Below, piece after piece: positions 55,088 to 62,930 of a DNA stretch of 63,993 nucleotides. A model generated the notes under the pieces. The model was given only the letters and a program-made list of their open reading frames with translations, was not told the origin of the DNA and made no database searches. Source of the DNA: an uncultured virus (IMG/VR IMGVR_UViG_3300046499_000512) (Duplodnaviria; Heunggongvirae; Uroviricota; Caudoviricetes); IMG/VR virus record IMGVR_UViG_3300046499_000512. One strand, written 5' to 3'. Each line of letters starts with the position of its first letter. Positions within the stretch are counted from its first letter, which is position 1. The translations under genes and the position numbers were made by a program.

Positions 55088-55100
55088 TGCTGTTGAAGGA

Positions 55101-55316
55101 TCAGCCCTTCGGGACGGCCTTGCGGCGCTTGGCCCGTGCGGCTTCCACCTTCTCCTCCAGGAGGAGCTTGCGCCCCTCGCGGAGCTGCTTCGCCTGGTCG
55201 GCCTTGAACTGTGCGGTGACCTCAGGAGTCACGTCGTCCGGACCGATGATCCATTCGACGTTGTCACAGAGGTCCGGCGTCGGTCCCTTGGGGTCTGCGG
55301 TGCCCATTGCACTCAT
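55101..55316 (-). CDS. Small protein, 71 aa, with its own early-type promoter (candidate immunity protein)
   Basis: RBS AAGGAG; promoter motif 55322-55336. Confidence 0.65.
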   Translation of the reverse strand: MSAMGTADPKGPTPDLCDNVEWIIGPDDVTPEVTAQFKADQAKQLREGRKLLLEEKVEAARAKRRKAVPKG

Positions 55317-55353
55317 CTCCTTATCTACCCTAGTACTAGCACAGATGATCGGG

Positions 55354-58300
55354 TTACGGAACCAGTTCAACCACGATGTGACGAACTTTCTTTCCGTGGT
55401 AGACCGACGTCGTGTCCTCGATGACCTTGAACTTGCTCTCCCGGTTCAGCAGAACCTCGTGCTCCCCGGAGTTGTCCGAGCCCGTCGTGTGGTTCAGGTC
55501 CAGCACCTTCGACCCCTTCGGCAGGCGGATCTCCATGTGCGTGTCACCGGACCATACGTCGCGGGTCTTCGACGTGGAGTTGTACCCGTGGTCGACGTAC
55601 ACCTCACCGGGCTTCATCGGAGGCGCCGGGGGCACCGTCGGGAACGGTCCGCCGCCGTTCATCTTGCGGGAAACGATGACGTTCCGGTCCAGCGGCGGCA
55701 CCTCACCGAACACCTTGTCCATGTGCGCGATGACGTCGTCCCACTTGCCGCCCGTGGTACCGAACGGCGCGATGCCCTTCTTCTTGTCGCCCCGGAGCTG
55801 CTGGTTGATCCCCGTGTAGTTGTTCGTGGAGTAGATGTAGGGCCCGGAGCCGGAACCGGTGTCCGCCGGGTCAGGGTGCCAGTCCCCGTGGAGGTTCTGG
55901 TTGAACGACATCGACCGGTAACCGGCGTCGAAGGATCCCTGGGACCACTGGTGCTTGGTGATGTCCGCCAGCGCGGTGCGGTCCAGCGTGCCCTGGCCGT
56001 CGTAGGAGCCTTCCGCCGGGTTGTACGGCTTGAAGCCCTGGAAGCCCGCGAAGACCTTCTTCTTCGGCGCCCCGAACTGCGGGTTCGTGTTGCTGCCCAT
56101 CGGCGGGTTCTGGCCCAGGGCAAACACCTTGTCCGGGTTGAACGGGCCGGTGGAGTGCTTCTTGACCCAGGCGTCCTGAGCCTTGGCGTACTCCGCCTTG
56201 TCCGCCGCCGTGGCGTTCGGGCCCATTGACTGCGCATACAGCTTCTTGAGGAGCTGGGCGTTGTCGTACTTGTTGTTCGTCAGGCCGGTGAACATGACGT
56301 GCGGCGCCGACGGGGCTGCCGAAGCCGCCGCGTCCGGGTTGAGACCCAGGGCCTTGAGGTACGTCTTCGGCTTGTGGGCCGCAGCGGTGATCTCCTCTGC
56401 GGTCGCACCGGCAGCCTTGGCCGCCTGCTTCAGATCCGCGTCCTTGTCGTAGTCCCAGTCGTCGCCGTTGTCCGGCAGGTTGTGTTCGGCCAGTAGCTGG
56501 AGAGCGAACTTCTTGCTGCCCGCGTCCGACGCGCCGGAGGGCGCGTTGTGCGCGTTCAGCTCCGCCTGCGCCTCCTTGTTCCACTGGCTGTTGGCGACGT
56601 GCGCCTTGAACTGGGCGGCATCCGCCGGGTTCGCGGCCATCCACGCCTTGTGGGACTCAGTCGTGATCGCCTTGGACGAGCCGTGGTTCTTGGCCATCCA
56701 CTCGGCCGCCAGCTTGGCTTCCTTCTGCGTCTTGAACGCCTTGCCCATGGTCAGGCCGTCGGCAGAGGAGACGTGCCAGCCGGAGCCGTTGATCTTCTTG
56801 TGGACGACCAGGCCCTTCGGGCCCTGCACGACCGGGTGCTCCTCCGTCTCCCCGTTCCCGTTCTTGAGTCCCTTGAGTCCCTTGGTCCACTTGGCCTTCG
56901 GCTTGAACGGGTCCACGGCGGGCTTCGACGGAGCCGCCGGAGTCACCTGGGCCTTGGGGGGTTCCGGAGTCGCCTTGGGGGCGTTGCCGCCGCCCGTGGT
57001 GTGCGCGGCCCCGGTCTCCTCCTTGGTGGTCAGCTCCGCGAGCACTTCGGCAGACTTGTGGGCCGCCTTCATGATCTCGTTGTCGTCTGCCCCGGCCGCC
57101 TTCGCGTCCTGCTCCAGCTTGTTGGCCTTGTCGTACGACCACGCCCCGTCGTTCTTGGGGTGCTCGTGCTCGGCGATGGCCTTGAGAGCCTTCTCCTTCG
57201 CGGACAGACCCCCGGAAGGCTGCGGCTCAAGGTACTTGTCTGCGTTGTGCAGAACGTCCTTGATGTCCGTCATCGTCGCGCCAGCGTCCAGCGCGTCCTG
57301 CTTGAGCTTCTTGTAGTCGGTCGGCGCCCAGTCGGTGTCGTCGGACTGCATGTGCTCGGCCAGCGCCTTCAGCGCGGCAGCCTTCTTCTCAGGAGAGACT
57401 CCTCCCGGGTTGGCAGCCTTGGCCGCAGCCGACTTGCTCGACAGGTCGGCCACGAACTTGTCCGGGTCGTCCAGCGCCGCATTGATCTCGGCCTGCGTCG
57501 CCCCCAGAGCCTTCGCCTTGTCCTTCAGCTCGTTGGAGGTGTCAGGTTCCCAGTTCTCGTCGTTGGCCGGGGAGTTGTGCTCTGCGAACGCCTTGAGCGC
57601 CGTGTCCTTCTGGCTCAGACCCGAGGTGGGCTTGCCCTTCTTGGCGGCCATCTTGCCCGCCTGGTGCGCTGCGTGGATCTCCGACAGGGAAGCCCCGGCA
57701 TCCTTGGCCTTCTGGACCTGCGAACTGACCACCGACGGGTTGCCCTTGGCGTTCTCCGTGATGTCCTTCAGCGCGGAGGCCTTGGCGTCCCCGTCGGCCT
57801 TGGCTCCGGCCTTCGCGGAGTCCGGGAGCCCGTTGTACAGCTTCTGGAACTCGTCACCGATCTTGTTCTTGTGCGCGGCGATGTCGTCCAGGAAGTCGTC
57901 CACGGTCTTTCCGCCGGGAAGCTGCCCGTTCTGCTGGGCGTGCTCGGCGTACGGCCGGAAGAGCTTCTTGAACTCTTCGTCCGGCATGTCCTGGATCGCC
58001 TTGATGGTGTCGGCGAAGCTGTTGTTCCCCTGCGGGTCGGGGAGCTTGACATGACCGGCCTTCGCCGCGTTCCACAGCTTCGGGTACACCGGGACGTCCG
58101 CACCCAGCGGCGGGTACGTCTTCGTCGGGTCCGCGTGCGTGCCGTACTTGAACGCCTGCCCCTGGTCGACCTGGACCAGCTTGCCGTCAGCCGTGCGCAG
58201 CCACTGGCCGCTGTGCGTGTCCTGGTTGCCCGTCGCGGAGTCCATGACCTGGTGCTGGAGCATGGAGAGGATGTCGGCCTCGGACAGCTTCGTCGGGTCG

Positions 58301-60624
58301 AAACTGCCGTTGGGGAAGGCGTCCTTGGAGCCAGGCAGCATGCCCTGGAGGTGCCCGTCCTTCGTCTTGACGAAGATCGGGGTGTCCATGCCGACCATGC
58401 GGTGCAGCTTGGCGATGGCCGGGTCCAGCGTGCGGGAGTACTCGTCCTGCTTGACCAGCCACTCGTTCCCGGCTTCGTCCTTCATCAGCTTGTTGTCGTG
58501 CGAGCCGAGAGTCTGGCCCGTGGGAGTCAGCTTGCCGACCGGCTTGAGCGGAAGCCCGTTCTCGGACGTCGCCGCCGCCGGGGCCTTGACCGACGGCGGG
58601 TTCTTGACCTCGGCCGCCTGCTTGGTCGTGAGCGCGTCGGCGGAATTGCCGTGGTGCGTCATCTGGAACTTGTACTTGTTCAGGACACTCTGGTCAGGGG
58701 CGGCCTTCTGGATCTCCGACCCGAGGGCCTTGGCCGCCGCCGTACCGGCCGCCTGGTGGTCTTCCTTCGTGTTGGTGATCTCCGCCAGGTCACTCAGGGC
58801 GTTGACCATCAGGGAGGTGTGACCGCCCTCCTCGGCGACCTTCGCAGCCTCCTTGGCCTTCTGCGCGGCAAGCTCCGGATTCCCGGCCTTCATCGCGTCG
58901 TCGGCCTCGTTCAGCAGGTCACCCGCCTGCATGAGCTTGGCCTTCTTGTCCTCCTTGGCCTTCAGCTCCGCATCGTGAGCAGCGGCGAGCTTCTTGGCCT
59001 CGGCGGCGTGCCCCTTGGCAGCCTCCGTGTGGTCATCCGCCACACCCGTCCAGCCCGCCTTGTGCGCCGCCTCGGCTGCGTCCAAGTGAGCGCCGCCCGC
59101 GTCCAGGTGAAGGCCGCTGAGCTGCTGGGGAGTCGCGTTGCCCTCGTACTTGGCGTTGTGCGCCGCCTCGGTGGCGCTGTGCGCCTTCACCGAGGCAGAG
59201 GAGGCAGCAGACTCAGCCTTCTTCTTCTCCTCGGCGTGCTTGACGACGTCGTTGCCGACCTGCACCGACTGGTTCTGGTGCTTGATGATGGCCTCGTTGT
59301 GGGCCTGCACCAGGTCGGTGTCGCCCGCAGCCTTGGCGGCGATCTTCGCCTTCAGGTGCGCCTTGGCCGCCTTGAGGTGAGCGTCCTGGGCGTCCGCCGT
59401 CGCTCCTGCCCCGCCAGCCGAACCGGGCGTCTTCCAGGCACCCTCGGAGACCTTCCAGGCTTCGTCGGAGATCTTGTCGGCCTCCGCCTGCGCCTTGGCC
59501 TTGGCCTCCTGCTCCTTGTCGTGCTGCGCCGTGAGGTTGGCAGCCTCCGCCTGGTGCCCCATCTTCTGCGTCAGGTGCGCCTGGTGGGCGTCCGTCTGAC
59601 CGATGCTCTGGTGCATGTTGGCGGCCTGGCCGTGCGCGTCGGCAGCCTGCTTGTGCGCGTGGATCTGGGAGGGGAGGTTGTCGCCCTCCTCCTGCGCGAT
59701 CTTCGCGGCCTTGGACGACTTCTCGGCCTGCGCCGACAGGTTGTCCGCCGCCGAAGCCAGGGAGTCGTGCGCGGCCTGCTGCTTCTCGGCGATGCCCTCG
59801 TGCTTGCCGACCGCCTGGCCGTGCGCCTCGGCGAGGAACTTGTTCCCGGCCGCCTCGTTGGCCGTCTTCGCGTCCGCGTGAGCCTTCGCCGCCTTCTGGT
59901 GCAGCTCGGCCGCCTGCTTCGGCGAGTGGCTGCCGCCCTTGAGCGACGCGGTGAGTTCGTTGGCCCCGTCCGTCAGCTTCTTGGCGTGCGCCTTCGCGGC
60001 GACCTTCTCCGCTTCGAGCTTCGCCGCCTTCTCGACCTTGGCTTCCTGACCGAGCTTGTCGGCCTTGGAGGCGTGGATCGCGGAGTGCGCGGAGTGCGTC
60101 AGGACCGCAGACTTCAGACCGCCCTTGCCCATGGCCTGGAAGTGGGGGACAGCGTCCGCGTGGGCCTTGGAGGCGACGGCGTGGGCGGCTGCCTGGACGT
60201 CCTTGGAGGCACCGGAGGCCGCGAGCTTCTCAGCCGCGTTCGTGGCCGACTCAGCCTTCTGGACGGCTGCCTTCGCCGCCTCCTGTTTGGCGACGACTCC
60301 GGCCGCGCCCTTCTTGACCGCGTTCTCCCAGTCCGCCTTGGAGGCGTACCGGTCGACGGCCTTGAAGGACATCTTGCCGTCGGCACCCTTGATGAAGTGG
60401 CCGGTCGTGTGACCGCCGGAGATGTGGCCGTGCTGCCGGGCCAGACCGCCGCCGGACAGACCCCGGGACGGAATCAGCGGGTTGATCAGAATCCAGCCGT
60501 GCTTGTAGCGGAAGGCCAGGGCACCGGCGGGGTTCTTCGAGAAATCCAGGGTGTGCGGGTCAACGACCCTCACGTTCTTCGGCAGCGTCCCGACGAACGC
60601 TAACTCGTACTCCTGCGTGTTCAC
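55354..60624 (-). CDS. Polyvalent virion-associated protein: His/Ala repeats, HipA/PI3K-like kinase domain, helical repeats, C-terminal ADP-ribosyltransferase
   Basis: WLVK...NQDTHSGQW...VDQGQAF; YTGINQQLR...VSR...GYNSTS...EHEVLL (R-S-ExE clade). Confidence 0.85.
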   Translation of the reverse strand: MNTQEYELAFVGTLPKNVRVVDPHTLDFSKNPAGALAFRYKHGWILINPLIPSRGLSGGGLARQHGHISGGHTTGHFIKGADGKMSFKAVDRYASKADWENAVKKGAAGVVAKQEAAKAAVQKAESATNAAEKLAASGASKDVQAAAHAVASKAHADAVPHFQAMGKGGLKSAVLTHSAHSAIHASKADKLGQEAKVEKAAKLEAEKVAAKAHAKKLTDGANELTASLKGGSHSPKQAAELHQKAAKAHADAKTANEAAGNKFLAEAHGQAVGKHEGIAEKQQAAHDSLASAADNLSAQAEKSSKAAKIAQEEGDNLPSQIHAHKQAADAHGQAANMHQSIGQTDAHQAHLTQKMGHQAEAANLTAQHDKEQEAKAKAQAEADKISDEAWKVSEGAWKTPGSAGGAGATADAQDAHLKAAKAHLKAKIAAKAAGDTDLVQAHNEAIIKHQNQSVQVGNDVVKHAEEKKKAESAASSASVKAHSATEAAHNAKYEGNATPQQLSGLHLDAGGAHLDAAEAAHKAGWTGVADDHTEAAKGHAAEAKKLAAAHDAELKAKEDKKAKLMQAGDLLNEADDAMKAGNPELAAQKAKEAAKVAEEGGHTSLMVNALSDLAEITNTKEDHQAAGTAAAKALGSEIQKAAPDQSVLNKYKFQMTHHGNSADALTTKQAAEVKNPPSVKAPAAATSENGLPLKPVGKLTPTGQTLGSHDNKLMKDEAGNEWLVKQDEYSRTLDPAIAKLHRMVGMDTPIFVKTKDGHLQGMLPGSKDAFPNGSFDPTKLSEADILSMLQHQVMDSATGNQDTHSGQWLRTADGKLVQVDQGQAFKYGTHADPTKTYPPLGADVPVYPKLWNAAKAGHVKLPDPQGNNSFADTIKAIQDMPDEEFKKLFRPYAEHAQQNGQLPGGKTVDDFLDDIAAHKNKIGDEFQKLYNGLPDSAKAGAKADGDAKASALKDITENAKGNPSVVSSQVQKAKDAGASLSEIHAAHQAGKMAAKKGKPTSGLSQKDTALKAFAEHNSPANDENWEPDTSNELKDKAKALGATQAEINAALDDPDKFVADLSSKSAAAKAANPGGVSPEKKAAALKALAEHMQSDDTDWAPTDYKKLKQDALDAGATMTDIKDVLHNADKYLEPQPSGGLSAKEKALKAIAEHEHPKNDGAWSYDKANKLEQDAKAAGADDNEIMKAAHKSAEVLAELTTKEETGAAHTTGGGNAPKATPEPPKAQVTPAAPSKPAVDPFKPKAKWTKGLKGLKNGNGETEEHPVVQGPKGLVVHKKINGSGWHVSSADGLTMGKAFKTQKEAKLAAEWMAKNHGSSKAITTESHKAWMAANPADAAQFKAHVANSQWNKEAQAELNAHNAPSGASDAGSKKFALQLLAEHNLPDNGDDWDYDKDADLKQAAKAAGATAEEITAAAHKPKTYLKALGLNPDAAASAAPSAPHVMFTGLTNNKYDNAQLLKKLYAQSMGPNATAADKAEYAKAQDAWVKKHSTGPFNPDKVFALGQNPPMGSNTNPQFGAPKKKVFAGFQGFKPYNPAEGSYDGQGTLDRTALADITKHQWSQGSFDAGYRSMSFNQNLHGDWHPDPADTGSGSGPYIYSTNNYTGINQQLRGDKKKGIAPFGTTGGKWDDVIAHMDKVFGEVPPLDRNVIVSRKMNGGGPFPTVPPAPPMKPGEVYVDHGYNSTSKTRDVWSGDTHMEIRLPKGSKVLDLNHTTGSDNSGEHEVLLNRESKFKVIEDTTSVYHGKKVRHIVVELVP

Positions 60625-61775
60625 TGCCCGCCCTTTCTGCGACCGTTACGCCGCTTCTTCTGCGCCTTGATCGCCGCATCCGCCAGGTAGCGCTTCGGAT
60701 ACTTCGTGGTCAGGCTGTTGACTGTGAGCCGTGCCCCGTCCTGGGAACTCCCGGTGGGTACGGTGACCTGCTCCGATGCCATGGGCTGGGACAGGTTGAC
60801 GTTGTTGCGCAGGTTGTCCGTCTGCTCGTCCTGCTGGGCGTCGTAGTGGTCCAGCAGCCGGACCTGGCTGGGGGTCAGAGGCCGTCCGGCCTTCTTGTCC
60901 GCGAGGGCCTGCTTGATGGCGGCGGCGACCAGCTTGCGGTGCTCGTTTAGCTTGGTCTTCGCCGCCTTGGCCTTCGCCGCAGCGGCCTTCTTGGCGGCCA
61001 TCGCCTTGGCGTGCTCTTCCCGCTTCTTGGTGGCTGCCTTCTTGGCGGCCAGCCTCTTCGCGGCGGCCTCGGCGCGCTTCTTGGCGGCTACGGCCCGGCG
61101 GGAGTTGGACTTGGCCTTGACGGCGGCCTTCTTGCCGTCGGCGGTGGCCTTGTTCTTGTACGCCTGGCGGATCGCGTCCTTGGTGGCCTCGGTGTGCCCG
61201 GCCATGTCCTTGATCTCGGAGGCGGATTTGTCCTTCTGGGAAGGGCCGACGGCCTGGCCGTTCTTGTCGACGGGGACCCAGTTGTGCTTCCAGCCCACGG
61301 CGCCCGGGGGCAGCTTGTGCTTGCCGTGCGGGTCTTCCTTCTTGGCCTTGTTGGCGGGCGGCTTCTTGTCCGTCTTCTGCGGCAGAGGCTCCGGCGCGAC
61401 GGCCAGGTCAACCACAGAGGAGCCGTCCAGGATGCCTCGCAGGAGTTCCATGGGCTGAGACAGCGTCACGTCGGATCCCTTGTTCGGGGTCGCGTGCGCC
61501 TTGGCCTTGGCGGATTCCCAGGCGGCTACGGCTGCCGTGGCGGCGGCCCTGACCTCGGGGCGGACGTTGCCCTGTCCCGCCGCCCAGTTCTTGACGGTGC
61601 CCAGGGCCACCTGGATGGCCTTGGACTTGTCCATCCCCCGCTCGGTCATCAGGCTGTGCGCGATGTTTTGCACGTAGGGCGGCAGGCTCAGGGAGCGGTC
61701 ACCGAATAAGCCCGGTCCCCCGGGCTTCCCTAACGGGTGCGGCGTGACTGCTAACGCCGCTGTCTCAGCACTCAT
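60621..61775 (-). CDS. Lys/Ala-rich basic head-module protein; 3 TTA in first 23 codons
   Basis: Histone H1-like AKK repeats; overlaps start of the ART gene. Confidence 0.75.
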   Translation of the reverse strand: MSAETAALAVTPHPLGKPGGPGLFGDRSLSLPPYVQNIAHSLMTERGMDKSKAIQVALGTVKNWAAGQGNVRPEVRAAATAAVAAWESAKAKAHATPNKGSDVTLSQPMELLRGILDGSSVVDLAVAPEPLPQKTDKKPPANKAKKEDPHGKHKLPPGAVGWKHNWVPVDKNGQAVGPSQKDKSASEIKDMAGHTEATKDAIRQAYKNKATADGKKAAVKAKSNSRRAVAAKKRAEAAAKRLAAKKAATKKREEHAKAMAAKKAAAAKAKAAKTKLNEHRKLVAAAIKQALADKKAGRPLTPSQVRLLDHYDAQQDEQTDNLRNNVNLSQPMASEQVTVPTGSSQDGARLTVNSLTTKYPKRYLADAAIKAQKKRRNGRRKGGQ

Positions 61776-61804
61776 GTCGTTTTCCTTCGCCGTGCCGGGT
61801 CAGC

Positions 61805-62128
61805 TCAGTGGAACGCGGCGAGCTTGATCGTGGCGACGGACGCGGTGACCTTCACGCTGTCGCCCGTGACGGAGTACGGGAAGTCGCTGGGGCACAGCAG
61901 GTAGAACGTGGTCGCGGCGAGCGTGTAGACCTTGTCGGGGACGACGACGCCGGTCGGCAGGGTGACGTTGGACTTGACGGTGAGCGTGCCGCCCGCCGCA
62001 CCTCCGTCGACGTAGAGCCAGGTGGCACCGTCGTTCTGGAACGTGTTGCCGGTGACGTCGGCGGCAGCGGTCGCGATGGACGCGATACCGATCGCGGAGG
62101 CGGAAACAACGTTTAAGGCGGTAGACAT
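61805..62128 (-). CDS. Small beta-rich virion protein; TTA at codon 5
   Basis: RBS GGGAG; upstream TTGACG-N18-TATCTG promoter (62197-62168). Confidence 0.7.
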   Translation of the reverse strand: MSTALNVVSASAIGIASIATAAADVTGNTFQNDGATWLYVDGGAAGGTLTVKSNVTLPTGVVVPDKVYTLAATTFYLLCPSDFPYSVTGDSVKVTASVATIKLAAFH

Positions 62129-62221
62129 GGATAGGTCTCCCTCACGTGAGTTTTCAGGCAGGCATGCCAGATACCAAACTACCGGTTTATCCGTCAATAA
62201 GGGAGGCTAGCACCCGGGGGA

Positions 62222-62842
62222 CTAATTCACGGAGAGATGTGCGGGCAGTGCGTCGACCACCCTTTTTCCGACATAGGCGGGGGTCGGGTAGCAGCGGCAG
62301 CGCGGGTGTCTTCCTCCGGGGTGGAGTCCTCCGGGTGGATTGTCTGCGCGGAAGTTCTTTCCGATTAGCCAGCGGCAGTCGGGGGTTGTCTTGTCGTCCA
62401 GGATTCCGCCCCAGCCGAGGAGCTGGCTGTGGGTGACGGCGGCCATTTTCTTGGAGGCTTTCGCTGCGGCGACGCGGCGGGCGCATGCCTGCTGGTGCTG
62501 GGCGAACAGGGCCTTTTCCCTGGTGAGGGCGGCCTGGAGGTTGTCGGCGGTGGCGAGGCGCTGGAGTGCGGCGAGGATGTAGAGGGCGCGGTAGCGCAGG
62601 TTGGCCCGGTGTGCGGCCATGACGGGGTCTTCGCCCTTGGGGTGGGCCTTTTTACCGGGCTTGTACTTCATGGCCGTGAGTAATCCGAGGGCGAGCTTTT
62701 TCGGGGTTTTCGTGGCCGCTGAAATAGCCTGTATCGCAACAATGAGGGGCGGCCCGGCCACTAAAATGGCCACGACCGCCGCGATCACCGCATCTTTCTG
62801 CGAAGAATCCTCTTGGGCCTTTTCCTGCGCTTGCTCGGACAT
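62222..62842 (-). CDS. MuF-like minor head protein
   Basis: W..ILDDKTTPDC...HPRCRC; 2 TTA. Confidence 0.85.
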   Translation of the reverse strand: MSEQAQEKAQEDSSQKDAVIAAVVAILVAGPPLIVAIQAISAATKTPKKLALGLLTAMKYKPGKKAHPKGEDPVMAAHRANLRYRALYILAALQRLATADNLQAALTREKALFAQHQQACARRVAAAKASKKMAAVTHSQLLGWGGILDDKTTPDCRWLIGKNFRADNPPGGLHPGGRHPRCRCYPTPAYVGKRVVDALPAHLSVN

Positions 62843-62883
62843 GCACCCTCCCGCTAATATCCATTTTGGGTGGTTGGGTGATC

Positions 62884-62928
62884 GAACCCCCGCTAGTCGC
62901 AGCTTCAGCTCCTAGCGGGGGTTCGGTT
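62884..62928 (-). terminator. Hairpin terminator after portal
   Basis: CGAACCCCCGCTAG...CTAGCGGGGGTTCG. Confidence 0.65.
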
Positions 62929-62930
62929 TT

